The notes: generated by a model from the sequence alone, not told the origin. A stretch of 64,000 bases of DNA from Coprothermobacterota bacterium (GCA_036679065.1 JAZIGN010000001.1:224001-288000), one strand, 5' to 3'. Shown: positions 30,382-40,377, counted from the stretch's first letter. Translations and numbers: made by a program.

Positions 30382-30926
30382 CGCGCAACATAGTCGCAGC
30401 TGGTTTTGGGGGGCAAGGCGTCATGCTGCTAGGGCAGATCTTGGCACTAGCAGCAACTCAGAAGCAGCTAAACGCCACCTGGTTACCTTCATATGGTCCT
30501 GAGCAGCGTGGGGGAACAGCAAACTGTACGGTTGTGGTTTCTGACGAAGAAATTGGATCTCCTGTGGTGGATAAACCCATGTATGTGGTCATTATGAACA
30601 ACCCGTCCATGGAAAAGTTTGAAAAGATGGTGGAACCAAATGGTACTGTTATTTTGAACAGCACTCTTATAACATTGGAGCCCAAGCGTACTGATGTAAA
30701 TTACCTTAAAGTTCCAGCCAATGAATTGGCAGAGCAGGCTGGTTCACAGAGAAGTGCAAACATGGTCATGCTCGGAGTCATTGGTTGGCTCTGGAAAGAT
30801 ATTTTCACATTGGAAGAGTTGGAGCAGGCTATGGTCGAAAAAGTTGGCGACAAGCGTCCACAGCTGGTTGAAACCAATAAAAAGGCAATAGAACTTGGAT
30901 ATGAATTCGCCAAAAACCTTGTTTAA
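30378..30926 (+). CDS. 2-oxoacid:ferredoxin oxidoreductase gamma subunit
   Basis: AGFGGQG, PSYGPE.RGG, N..MLG, N.KA...G. Confidence 0.93.
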   Translation: MTRNIVAAGFGGQGVMLLGQILALAATQKQLNATWLPSYGPEQRGGTANCTVVVSDEEIGSPVVDKPMYVVIMNNPSMEKFEKMVEPNGTVILNSTLITLEPKRTDVNYLKVPANELAEQAGSQRSANMVMLGVIGWLWKDIFTLEELEQAMVEKVGDKRPQLVETNKKAIELGYEFAKNLV

Positions 30927-31404
30927 GGGAAAATTCCTTGAGCTTGAACTGATACAGGAGAAATATGAAGTTGTAAGGCGCCCAGCAGCTGTGGGCGCCT
31001 TGGTTTATTGGTGTAGCCAGGAAAAAATAGTTGTGGTAAAACACAAGCGGCCCGCTGTAAACGACTGGGTGTGGGAAATAGTGGCTGGCATTGTTGAACC
31101 TGGTGAAAGTTTGATAAATGCTGTAGAAAGAGAAGTTATGGAGGAAGTCGGGCTTACTGTTAAAAGTGTTGTGGGCCTTGGATCTTTCTATCCTACTCCT
31201 GGTTACAGTGATGAAGTTATCCATCTCTTTTACGTAGAGGCTGACAACAGCAAACTTAATAGGAACGACACTGATGAAGATTTAGAGCCTTTTGCGCTTA
31301 AAATTGAAGATGTATGGAAGCTGGAGCACAAGGACATGAAAACATTACTCTCACTTTACTTGAGCAAAGCAAAAGGCTTGTTGAAGAATATGAACAATGG
31401 CTAG
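30901..31404 (+). CDS. NUDIX hydrolase (ADP-ribose pyrophosphatase-like)
   Basis: Nudix box AG.VEPGE....A..RE..EEVG; FY.TPG.SDE. Confidence 0.9.
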   Translation: MNSPKTLFKGKFLELELIQEKYEVVRRPAAVGALVYWCSQEKIVVVKHKRPAVNDWVWEIVAGIVEPGESLINAVEREVMEEVGLTVKSVVGLGSFYPTPGYSDEVIHLFYVEADNSKLNRNDTDEDLEPFALKIEDVWKLEHKDMKTLLSLYLSKAKGLLKNMNNG

Positions 31405-32183
31405 TCCTAAGAAAACAAGCTTCACCTAGGACTGTACGTTCTTACCTAAAGGATGTTGACGATTTCTTAGCTTTTGTGGAACAGGAGCGTTCCACCGACA
31501 TTGAGTTGTTTAAACAGTTCCTTCACGATAAGGGACTTTCTCCTTCAACAGTAGCAAGAAAACTTTCAGCTGTTTCTTCTTTTTCTGCTTTCCTTAGAAG
31601 ACAGGGTATAGCACTTGAATTTGAAAGGCCAAAGGTAAAAATACCTCAAAAGCTCATGCAAGTGCCTAACTGGAATGATCTTGACCAGCTTGTAGACCAA
31701 GTACAAGATCACGAGGTAAGATTGGCGCTAAGAATGATGCTCCATTGTGGTTTACGAGCTTCTGAAGTACTTGAACTTCGATGGTCAGACATAGGCGACG
31801 ATTATATGCTGGTTAGAGGGAAGGGTGGAAAACAGCGCATGCTACCCGTATCTGAAGCCATCAGAACAGATATTGAGTCAATCAAGAGAAAGGGTTCTTA
31901 TGTGTTTTGCGACAAAAAAGGAAAGAAAAGGTCTAGAGTCTGGTTGTGGCGAAAGACCCGAGCTTTTCTAGGTACACATCCTCACATTCTCAGACACGCT
32001 TTTGCCACTGAACTTACTAATTATGCTGACATCAGGGTTGTACAAGAATCTCTCGGACACAGTGATATAACAACAACCCAACGTTACACCCATGTTTACC
32101 GCGAAGCTCTCAAGGAGCTCGTGGAAGGAAAGAGTTTATTAGGAGGCGAAACCATAGATGACGATGAAAGAGAAGGTATTTAA
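31314..32183 (+). CDS. xerD: tyrosine recombinase XerD/XerC-like
   Basis: GLR.SE, GKG.K.R, HILRH.FAT, LGH.DI.TT..Y; nudix-xerD-deoB-punA synteny. Confidence 0.85.
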   Translation: MEAGAQGHENITLTLLEQSKRLVEEYEQWLVLRKQASPRTVRSYLKDVDDFLAFVEQERSTDIELFKQFLHDKGLSPSTVARKLSAVSSFSAFLRRQGIALEFERPKVKIPQKLMQVPNWNDLDQLVDQVQDHEVRLALRMMLHCGLRASEVLELRWSDIGDDYMLVRGKGGKQRMLPVSEAIRTDIESIKRKGSYVFCDKKGKKRSRVWLWRKTRAFLGTHPHILRHAFATELTNYADIRVVQESLGHSDITTTQRYTHVYREALKELVEGKSLLGGETIDDDEREGI

Positions 32184-33339
32184 ACGTGTTTTCTTAGTTG
32201 TCATTGACAGCTTTGGCGTTGGAGCAGAGCCTGATTGGGCAGAATATGGGGATGACCCAAGTTTGAACACAGCGCTTCACGTCATCGACGACAGACCTGC
32301 TCCGTCTTTTTTGTGGAGCAGAGGACTTGGTTACTTGCTTAAGGAAGAACCAATAAAACAGCCCAGCGTTGTGGCAAAACTGCAGGAACTCTCTAAAGGG
32401 AAAGACTCTACTACTGGGCACTGGGAAATTGCAGGATTAGTTATGACTACACCTTTTCCAACCTATCCCCATGGTTTTCCTCCAGAGGTTATGGAGGAAT
32501 TTGAACGTAGAATTGGCACGAAAACACTGGGAAACTTTCCAGCTTCAGGAACTGAAATAATCAGACAATTAGGGGAAGAACATATGCGCACTGGTTATCC
32601 CATTGTCTACACTTCGGCAGATTCAGTTTTCCAAATAGCTGCTCACGAAGACGTCATACCAGTGGAAGACTTGTATCGGATGTGCGAGATCGCTCGAGAA
32701 CTTCTTACTGGCGACCATGCCGTTGCAAGGGTCATAGCTAGACCTTTTGCGGGGAAGCCAGGTGAATTCTACCGTACGCCCAGAAGACGTGATTTTTCTC
32801 TTCCTCCGCTGGGGCATACCATACTCGATGAACTTGTGGAGAAGGGAATACCTGTAGTTGCCGTAGGAAAAATCCATGATCTTTTCGCGGGTAGAGGAAT
32901 CTCTCAGAGTGTGCACACAGAAAATGACGCTGAGGGAATTAATGCTTTGCAGGAGTTATCGAAAACTTTCCAACAGCGAGGACTAGTTTTTGCTAACTTG
33001 GTAGATTCTGATATGATTTATGGGCACAGAAGAAACGTAGAAGGCTATTACCAAAACATAATGATGATCGATGAAGGACTGAGCTTGCTCTATGATAATC
33101 TAACAAACGAAGATTTACTTATCGTTACTGCAGATCATGGTAATGACCCCACATTCCCTAAGCATACTGACCATACTCGAGAATACGTGCCCTTTATAGC
33201 CTGCTCACCGAGTTTTACTGAAAGCTCTTTTCTGGGAACGCTTCGTGGATACGTGCACATAGCACAGACAGTGATTGAAGCATTAGGAGTAGAAAGTGCA
33301 AGAAAGTGGGGAAGAACTCTTTTGAAGGAGGATGTATAA
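32158..33339 (+). CDS. deoB: phosphopentomutase
   Basis: DS.G.G, GKDSTTGHWE, YTSADSVFQIAAHE, DHGNDPT, TDHTRE. Confidence 0.96.
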   Translation: MTMKEKVFKRVFLVVIDSFGVGAEPDWAEYGDDPSLNTALHVIDDRPAPSFLWSRGLGYLLKEEPIKQPSVVAKLQELSKGKDSTTGHWEIAGLVMTTPFPTYPHGFPPEVMEEFERRIGTKTLGNFPASGTEIIRQLGEEHMRTGYPIVYTSADSVFQIAAHEDVIPVEDLYRMCEIARELLTGDHAVARVIARPFAGKPGEFYRTPRRRDFSLPPLGHTILDELVEKGIPVVAVGKIHDLFAGRGISQSVHTENDAEGINALQELSKTFQQRGLVFANLVDSDMIYGHRRNVEGYYQNIMMIDEGLSLLYDNLTNEDLLIVTADHGNDPTFPKHTDHTREYVPFIACSPSFTESSFLGTLRGYVHIAQTVIEALGVESARKWGRTLLKEDV

Positions 33340-33341
33340 AA

Positions 33342-34163
33342 GTGGACATCAGAGACATGGTGACTGAAACTATTCAATTCTTAGAAAAGAAGATGGACAG
33401 ACCGGATGTTGCTATAATCATCGGTTCTGGTCTGGGTAACTTAGTTAAGAGAATGGACGTTAAAGTTCGAATACCTTACCACGATATACCTCATTTCCCA
33501 AAGAGTACCGTGAAAGGTCATGCTGGCGAAATCCTTTCAGGGGTCATAGGTAAGAACAAGGTTATGGCTTTTAGTGGCAGATTTCACTACTATGAAGGCT
33601 ACAGCATGGCAGAAGTTACCTACCCTGTCAGGGTAGCAAAACTATTGGGAGCCAAATTGCTCATTGTAACCAATGCAGCAGGAGGGTTAAACCCTAAGTT
33701 CCATGTAGGTGATTTGATGCTCATAACCGACCATATCAACTTCATGGGCGTGAATCCCTTAATAGGTCCAAATGTGGAAGAATGGGGTCCCCGCTTTGTT
33801 GACCTTTATCACGTTTACAGCGAGCAGCACATGAATAAGCTGCGTGAAATAGCAGTCAGGAAAGGTTTAACTCTGCGTGAGGGTGTGTACTTAGCTGTTT
33901 CCGGTCCTACGTACGAAACTCATGCTGAGTTAAAAATGATGCAAGGATTCGGAGCAGATGCAGTGGGCATGAGCACAGTTCCAGAATGCATTGTAGCTGC
34001 ACACATGAGCCTACCCGTATTGGGCGTATCTGTGATAACGGATATGGCTCTCCCATATATCATTCAGGACATAAGTCATGAGATGGTATTAGCGGCGGCG
34101 GAAGAAGCCAGTGAAAGATTAAGTGATCTGATTTGGGAATTTCTTCAGGAGGTGACCTTGTAG
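33342..34163 (+). CDS. punA: purine-nucleoside phosphorylase
   Basis: GSGLG, GRFHYYEG, TNAAGG, GPTYET.AE, VGMST.PE; GTG start after AAGGAGG. Confidence 0.95.
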   Translation: MDIRDMVTETIQFLEKKMDRPDVAIIIGSGLGNLVKRMDVKVRIPYHDIPHFPKSTVKGHAGEILSGVIGKNKVMAFSGRFHYYEGYSMAEVTYPVRVAKLLGAKLLIVTNAAGGLNPKFHVGDLMLITDHINFMGVNPLIGPNVEEWGPRFVDLYHVYSEQHMNKLREIAVRKGLTLREGVYLAVSGPTYETHAELKMMQGFGADAVGMSTVPECIVAAHMSLPVLGVSVITDMALPYIIQDISHEMVLAAAEEASERLSDLIWEFLQEVTL

Positions 34164-35452
34164 TGTTACCTCAGGAGTTCATAAGAGTAAAGCGAGACGG
34201 TGAAAAACATACCAGGGATTCTATGAAAGAATTCTTTTCACAGTACCTCAATGGTAATGTAGCTGATTACCAAATTTCAGCTTGGTTAATGGCAGCGTTC
34301 TTAAAAGGTTTGGACGATGAAGAAACATTTTGGTTAACTGAGCAAATTGTTAATAGTGGCGAAAAGCTGGATCTCAGCGACATAGATGGAATAAAAGTGG
34401 ACAAACACTCTTCTGGCGGTGTGGGTGACAAAGTCTCCTTGGCCATAGTGCCACTTTTAGCGTCAACGGGCTTAGTAGTTTCTAAAATGAGTGGCCGTGG
34501 TTTAGGACACACAGGAGGAACCATCGACAAGCTGGAATCCATTCCTGGGCTGCGAACCGAGTTCTCTACAGAGGAGTTCAAGGCACTCTTGAGACGTGTG
34601 GGTTTAGCCATCGTCTCTCAGTCCGAAAGCCTAGCACCTTTAGATAAGAAGCTCTACAGTTTGAGAGATGTAACTGCAACTGTGGAATCTTTGCCTTTGA
34701 TTGCTTCCAGCATAATGTCAAAGAAGATTGCCGTAGGCAGCGACCTGGTAAGTTTGGATGTAAAACTAGGTAATGGGGCATTCATAACTAGCCTGGAAGA
34801 TGCCAAAGAGCTTTGCAGAATCATGATGAGCTTAGCTGAACAATTTGGTAGAAAGGTAGAAATTCATGTCACCGACATGAATGAACCACTGGGATGCAGT
34901 GTTGGCAACTCTCTTGAAGTAATCGAAGCTTTGGAATTCCTAAAAGGCAAGGTAGAAAACAGGTTCGCTACACTGGTAAAGGAACTGTACAAAGATACTG
35001 TGAACAGTACAGGTGTAGAAGCTCCTGACGTAGATCAACTTATCGCTTCAGGTAAGCCCTTGGAGAAGTTTGCACAAATGATAGAGGCTCAGAGTGGAGA
35101 TCCTAAAGTGGTAGAAGATTATTCCTTACTTCCCATGGCCAAAAACGTTCATGAACTCAGAGCACAGCAGTCAGGCTATTTGGCGTTCGTAGATACAAAG
35201 GAAGTGGGCATGGCAGTAGTTGAGCTGGGTGGCGGGCGAAAGAAAAAAGAAGACAACATTGATCATGGTGTTGGTATAAAGTTCCTTGTTGAAGGTGGTA
35301 GCAAAGTCGATGCTGGTGATATCGTGGCGCTTGTGTATTTCAATAATGAAAATACCCTAAATAGTGCACTGAAGAGGCTTGAGCATGCTTTTACTATAAT
35401 GGAGACAGAACCCCAGGAGCGGCCACTTATTTGGTGGAGTAGCTACCAATAA
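34163..35452 (+). CDS. pdp: pyrimidine-nucleoside / thymidine phosphorylase
   Basis: DKHS.GGVGDK, KMSGRGLGHTGGT.DKLE, RDVTATV, SSIMSKK. Confidence 0.96.
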   Translation: MLPQEFIRVKRDGEKHTRDSMKEFFSQYLNGNVADYQISAWLMAAFLKGLDDEETFWLTEQIVNSGEKLDLSDIDGIKVDKHSSGGVGDKVSLAIVPLLASTGLVVSKMSGRGLGHTGGTIDKLESIPGLRTEFSTEEFKALLRRVGLAIVSQSESLAPLDKKLYSLRDVTATVESLPLIASSIMSKKIAVGSDLVSLDVKLGNGAFITSLEDAKELCRIMMSLAEQFGRKVEIHVTDMNEPLGCSVGNSLEVIEALEFLKGKVENRFATLVKELYKDTVNSTGVEAPDVDQLIASGKPLEKFAQMIEAQSGDPKVVEDYSLLPMAKNVHELRAQQSGYLAFVDTKEVGMAVVELGGGRKKKEDNIDHGVGIKFLVEGGSKVDAGDIVALVYFNNENTLNSALKRLEHAFTIMETEPQERPLIWWSSYQ

Positions 35453-35459
35453 TTGAGTC

Positions 35460-37577
35460 ATGACTATCGTAGTACATAAAGGAGTCGATCTTGACGCTTT
35501 CGGTTCTGCTTTAGCACTTGCACATGTGTTCGGTGGAAAAATGTTCTTGCCAGAACCCAAAAACAGAAATGTTGCTCGTCTTTCACATGCTGTACAAGAA
35601 TGGGTAACGGATAGCGTTGAGGGTAACGTAATCTTTTGTGACACAGACAGCCTAGGGAACTGGAAAGCAGAGTTCATCTTTGATCACCATGGCACAGTAT
35701 ACGGCGCAAACAGCAGTGCGGTAGCCATATGGCTTGAAGACTGCGGATATCTGCAGAAGATGTCTGAGAATGTTTTGGAACTACTCATGTCAGGCATATA
35801 TGAAGATACTGGTTTTCTTCGATATCACTCAGCTAAGCCTTGGGACTTTGCAGCGGTAAGCTCCCTTAGGCGCCTAATGAAAAGGCCCTTCGAGTTGGAT
35901 ATTCACGTGAGTCCGCCTCTTAGTGAGTCACACTTCAAAGCCATGTTCAAAATACTTGAACGGCAGCATGAGATCAGACTACTGAGCAAGATCATAGATA
36001 TCTCATATATTTATGAGAAGGAAAGTGAAGGGGAAATTTCTTCAGTGGTACAGCTACTACAATCCATGCAGGATATAAATGCTTACGTACTTCTTGTGGG
36101 AAGCAAGAATAGGATACTTGGCATATGTCGCAGTGACGAGACCGTGCCACTGTGGGATCTCTTGCAAGACCTTAATCCGAGTGGCCACAAGTATGCTTTT
36201 GTGTTCAGAAAGAGAGGCAATTTAATAAGCTTTTACGAGACCCTGCCCGATTTGCTTAGGTCAAAGATGTTAGCTCAAACGTTGGTGACGGAAGTTAGCT
36301 TGTCAAAGATGGTTTTGTTGAAACCATGCAGCGTAAAAGAGGCGTTACGTTATTCTCGCGACTACGGTTTGGCTGTGGTATGTTTACAGGAGGAGCGTGG
36401 GCTCTATTTTATAACTAGGCACGACTTAGAAAGATTGGAAAGGTTAGGACTTGGAGAGAGTGATGTCCTCGGTTTTTCAAGGGTGTTACCATGTTTTGAG
36501 GAGCAAGACGATTTGGCAAAGGCTTACCCCGTTCTCAGACAGCGTATTCCTCTAGTTGTTAAAAAAGATGATGAGTTTTACATTGCAACCACAGATGACT
36601 TGTTAAGGCAAGGTGTGGTTCAGTTTTATGAAAACCGCAGTGAAGTTATCAGGGTAGGAGAAACACTGTATGACCAAATTGGCTCTTTGCTTGAGCATCT
36701 TTCGAAAAAAGGGCTAAACGTGTATTTGGTTGGTGGCGCCATCAGAGATTATCTCTTAGGCAAGACACCTGACGATATTGATTTGTGCTTTGAGGGCGAT
36801 ATCGAAAAAATTTGCTTGGCTTTAGATGAGCTAGGTGTGAACTATGATATGTTCGGTAAGACCCTATCAGTGAAATGTGAATGGAACGGAACTAAGGTTG
36901 AATTCACAAGAGCTCGCAAAGACTTGTACAAGAGCCCTGGGGTGTTAGCAGAAGTAGAGCCTGCTACCATATTGGAGGATTTGGAGAGAAGAGATTTTAC
37001 CATAAACGCCATAGCTTTGCAGCTTACACCTGGTGTAAGTATTCTGGACCCATTCCAAGGATTGGACGATCTAAAAGACAGAGTTATAAGACTTATAAAA
37101 CCTTGGTCACTCAGAGAGGACCCTTCCAGAGCTTTTAGAGCTATAAACTACAAGAACAGGTTGAATTTTTCGCTGGATTCTCAGCTCAGACAGGAACTTA
37201 CGGCGGTCCAGGTGCAAGGCAAACCAGCGCCACGAGTGCTCATGGAACTTCGAAGCTTGCTTAGATCCTCTCAAGTGTTCGAAAACGTAAGAGATGTCAT
37301 AAACTTCGATCTTATGAGGTTCTTTGGTAGGTCCTTTGTGCTTGATGAAAGGCTAATGTCCATGCTTGAGGAACTTCAGCAGGAACAACAAGTACGGACC
37401 ATGGAAGTTAGAAGGATCTATGAACTGGTCACAGTAATCCTGGGTCTGGGCTTTAAGGATAGAGCAGAAAGAGAACGTTTTTTTAGGCTCCTCGGCGGTG
37501 CTGGCAGGCTTAAAGCTTTATCTGAAAAGTTGGAAGAGGAAGGGACCATAGGTAATCTACTTACGGATCAGCAGTAG
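35460..37577 (+). CDS. cca: tRNA nucleotidyltransferase / poly(A) polymerase family protein with N-terminal DHH-like and degenerate CBS region
   Basis: H...D.DA.GS and DHH at the N-terminus; VGGA.RD..LG...DIDL, RRDFTINA, EDP.R. Confidence 0.85.
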   Translation: MTIVVHKGVDLDAFGSALALAHVFGGKMFLPEPKNRNVARLSHAVQEWVTDSVEGNVIFCDTDSLGNWKAEFIFDHHGTVYGANSSAVAIWLEDCGYLQKMSENVLELLMSGIYEDTGFLRYHSAKPWDFAAVSSLRRLMKRPFELDIHVSPPLSESHFKAMFKILERQHEIRLLSKIIDISYIYEKESEGEISSVVQLLQSMQDINAYVLLVGSKNRILGICRSDETVPLWDLLQDLNPSGHKYAFVFRKRGNLISFYETLPDLLRSKMLAQTLVTEVSLSKMVLLKPCSVKEALRYSRDYGLAVVCLQEERGLYFITRHDLERLERLGLGESDVLGFSRVLPCFEEQDDLAKAYPVLRQRIPLVVKKDDEFYIATTDDLLRQGVVQFYENRSEVIRVGETLYDQIGSLLEHLSKKGLNVYLVGGAIRDYLLGKTPDDIDLCFEGDIEKICLALDELGVNYDMFGKTLSVKCEWNGTKVEFTRARKDLYKSPGVLAEVEPATILEDLERRDFTINAIALQLTPGVSILDPFQGLDDLKDRVIRLIKPWSLREDPSRAFRAINYKNRLNFSLDSQLRQELTAVQVQGKPAPRVLMELRSLLRSSQVFENVRDVINFDLMRFFGRSFVLDERLMSMLEELQQEQQVRTMEVRRIYELVTVILGLGFKDRAERERFFRLLGGAGRLKALSEKLEEEGTIGNLLTDQQ

Positions 37578-37623
37578 CGATAATGAATGTAAACTGTGAA
37601 AAAGCTTTGTTGGAGGTGAAAAT

Positions 37624-38604
37624 GTGGCAAATAACGATGTAGTTGTAAGCGGTATAAGACCAACCGGTGTACCGCACCTCGGAAATCTACGTGGTGCACT
37701 GCAGCAATGGGTTGATCTGCAGGAAAAATATCCGTGTTTTTACTTTATTGCCGATTGGCATGCGTTGTTCGGTCTTGAAGAACGTAGCAGAGAAATAAAA
37801 GAAAATACAAAGAAAGTACTTGCCACACTACTTGCAGTGGGACTTGATCCAGAAAAGAGCACCATCTTTATTCAATCGCAGGTGCCAGAGCACCTAACGC
37901 TTTTTACCATTTTTTCTGCCATAACGCCTGTGGGATGGTTAGAGCGTAATCCTACCTTAAAGGACATGGTCAGAGCAGAAGAGCCTCTACCTTATGGGTT
38001 GTTGGGCTATCCAGTATTGCAGGCTGCAGATATCTTGCTTTACAAAGGTACCATGGTTCCAGTGGGAAAAGACCAGCAGCCTCACTTAGAGATTTCACGT
38101 GAGATCGCAAGGCGGTTCAACAGTCTATTCGGTGTGGAGTTCTTCCCTGAACCTCAGGCTGTGCTAAATGAGTATCCCGTACTTCCTGGTACAGACGGAA
38201 GAAAGATGAGCAAGTCATATTCAAATGTGATCAGCATTGAAGACGACCATGAAACCGTAAGATTCAAGGTCAGACAAATGATAACAGATCCTCAGAAGAT
38301 AAGAAAGTCAGATCCCGGTCATCCAGATATTTGCTCAGTATTTCAGTTGGAGAAAGGCTTTGTGGACAGTGCTTATTCTAAAGACATTTACGATCGTTGT
38401 GTTCAGGGGCTTTTGGGATGCGTTGAACACAAGAATATGCTGGCTGACATCATTTGGCAGTATCTTGAGCCCATACGGGAGAAGTATTTCTACTATTTAG
38501 AGCATGAAGAAGAACTCTGGAAAATAGCGTCCTACGGCAACGAAAAAGCTGCGAAGGTGGCAAAAGAGACCATGAGAGAGGTGCTGGACATTATAGGCTT
38601 ATGA
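37624..38604 (+). CDS. trpS: tryptophan--tRNA ligase
   Basis: SGIRPTG..HLGN, YPVLQAADIL, VG.DQ, KMSKS. Confidence 0.97.
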   Translation: MANNDVVVSGIRPTGVPHLGNLRGALQQWVDLQEKYPCFYFIADWHALFGLEERSREIKENTKKVLATLLAVGLDPEKSTIFIQSQVPEHLTLFTIFSAITPVGWLERNPTLKDMVRAEEPLPYGLLGYPVLQAADILLYKGTMVPVGKDQQPHLEISREIARRFNSLFGVEFFPEPQAVLNEYPVLPGTDGRKMSKSYSNVISIEDDHETVRFKVRQMITDPQKIRKSDPGHPDICSVFQLEKGFVDSAYSKDIYDRCVQGLLGCVEHKNMLADIIWQYLEPIREKYFYYLEHEEELWKIASYGNEKAAKVAKETMREVLDIIGL

Positions 38605-39767
38605 TCATAGCCATAGATGGACTAGCAGGTAGTGGTAAGACTACAGCTGGCAAAGGATTAGCCAAAGCCATTGGATTTCGGTTCATCAGTTCTGGGCAGT
38701 TATACCGATTCAAGGCTTTAGAGCCTGATGTGGACCTTTTAGAAGCGGTAAAGGAGCACAAGCTGAAAATTGAGTGGGACATAGAATGGGAAGGTAAAGA
38801 CATATCGGCGGAGCTACAGCGAGAAGAGATAGGCAGCAGAGCATCACAAATAGCGTTATTGAGAGAGGTTAGGGATGAAGTAAACAACGTACTAAGGTTT
38901 GTAGCCGAAGGCGGGAACTATGTCATAGAAGGCAGAGACATAGGCACAGTAGTATTTCCCGAAGCTGGAGTGAAGTTTTTCCTAACAGCAGAAGAAAGGG
39001 TTAGGGCGAGGCGTAGAGCAGAGCAAGTAGGAGAAGAAGTAAACATAGCAGAGAGGGACGAAAGGGACAAGAAGAGGGAGATAGCGCCAGCCAAGGCAGC
39101 TGAAGATGCCATAATCATTGATAACAGTTATCAGAGTGTAGAAGAGACCATAAAGGAGATGGAGGGGCGCTTACCTAAGGACGAATTCGACTTTCAACGT
39201 TTTTTGCAATACGTACTAGGTCCACCGGTAAGAGGGCTATTTCGTATAGAGGTAGTAAAAAGTCATCCTTTGAAGTATGGTCGCTGGATACTCACACCTA
39301 ATCATGTTAGTGGGTGGGATCCTATCTGCTTAGCAGCAAAAGTACCTCGGCCTTTGCATTTCATGGCGAAAGCCGAGCTCAAGCGCTCCTTAGGACCTCT
39401 TCTTTCGCTATTGGATATAAGCCCCATTGCTAGGAACAAACCTGACGTTAGAGCCATAAGAACTGTTCGGCATTTTTTATACGGCGAAAAGCTGGTGGTT
39501 ATGTACCCTGAAGGTCATCGCCACCGAGACGGAACTGTGGGCGAGTTTAGGAATGGAGCTTTCTACTTCGTTCGCAAGAAAATGGCACCCGTGATTCCCG
39601 TTGTCATTAAAGGGTTGGAAAACCTCAGTTTCAATACCTTTTGGAACCGCCATGTAAGAATAGCTTTCTTGGATCCCATTTACCCCGTGGATGTAATCGG
39701 CATGAAAGAAGAGGAAATAGCCAGAATGGTGCGCGAACAGATTTCGGAGTGCTACAACAGCTTATGA
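38601..39767 (+). CDS. cmk: Cmk-PlsC fusion, copy 1 (acyltransferase allele A)
   Basis: IAIDG.AGSGK, EGRDIGTVVFP.A, RD..D; then NHVSGWD, FMAK.EL, YPEG.R. Confidence 0.92.
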   Translation: MIIAIDGLAGSGKTTAGKGLAKAIGFRFISSGQLYRFKALEPDVDLLEAVKEHKLKIEWDIEWEGKDISAELQREEIGSRASQIALLREVRDEVNNVLRFVAEGGNYVIEGRDIGTVVFPEAGVKFFLTAEERVRARRRAEQVGEEVNIAERDERDKKREIAPAKAAEDAIIIDNSYQSVEETIKEMEGRLPKDEFDFQRFLQYVLGPPVRGLFRIEVVKSHPLKYGRWILTPNHVSGWDPICLAAKVPRPLHFMAKAELKRSLGPLLSLLDISPIARNKPDVRAIRTVRHFLYGEKLVVMYPEGHRHRDGTVGEFRNGAFYFVRKKMAPVIPVVIKGLENLSFNTFWNRHVRIAFLDPIYPVDVIGMKEEEIARMVREQISECYNSL

Positions 39768-40021
39768 TCATAGCCATAGACGGACTAGCAGGTAGTGGGA
39801 AGACCACAGCTGGCAAAGGGTTAGCCAAAGCCATTGGATTTCGGTTCATCAGTTCTGGGCAGTTATACCGATTCAAGGCTTTAGAGCCTGATGTGGACCT
39901 TTTAGAAGCGGTAAAGGAGCAACTAGAAAAATTGATGGAACAGACTGGATGTGAAATAGATAAGATTAATGAATTGGCATCTGAGAAAATCTATGGCATT
40001 GTGTTTGTTGAAGAGGGGTAA
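39764..40021 (+). pseudogene. truncated cmk (copy 2 N-terminus) fused in frame to a foreign C-terminal tail
   Basis: MIIAIDG...LEAVKE, then switches to QLEKLMEQ...EEG* at the insertion junction (39921/39922). Confidence 0.85.
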
Positions 40022-40377
40022 ATGGTGGTATAATCCTATTATTGATAGATAGTAATAACAAGCGATTTTTTGAAAAAACGGAGGCGATTAAGATGAAGTT
40101 TGGAATGAGAACACCGAGTATAAAGAAATCAATAAAGGCAAGAACAACAGGAAAAGCCAAGCGAGCTGTTAAGAAAGCTTTAATTCCAGGGTACGGAAAG
40201 AAAGGTGCAGGATGGATTAAGAATCCAAAGAAAGCAGCTTACAATAAGGTTTATAAGAAGACGAGCTTTGGCATTATGGATTTATTTAAGTAACTATCAG
40301 GAGGATTACATCATGGAACGAGTAGTACAATTTTTAAAAGAAGCAGAGACATATTATTTGGCAACAGTAGAAGGCGA
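39922..40377 (+). other. 456-bp foreign AT-rich DNA fragment replacing 328 bp of cmk
   Basis: absent from the other two copies; ~35% GC by hand count of 360 nt; contains a gene tail, TGgTATAAT, a complete small ORF and a gene head. Confidence 0.9.
40093..40293 (+). CDS. small highly basic hypothetical protein (resembles Firmicutes prophage/mobile-element proteins)
   Basis: MKFGMRTPSIKKSIKARTTGKAKRAVKKALIPGYGKKG; SD GGAGG; family recognised from memory only. Confidence 0.75.
   Translation: MKFGMRTPSIKKSIKARTTGKAKRAVKKALIPGYGKKGAGWIKNPKKAAYNKVYKKTSFGIMDLFK

Noticed and set aside
31314..32183. Tyrosine recombinase as a prophage or island integrase
   Set aside because: Sits in the conserved nudix-xerD-deoB-punA housekeeping context with no att site or cargo
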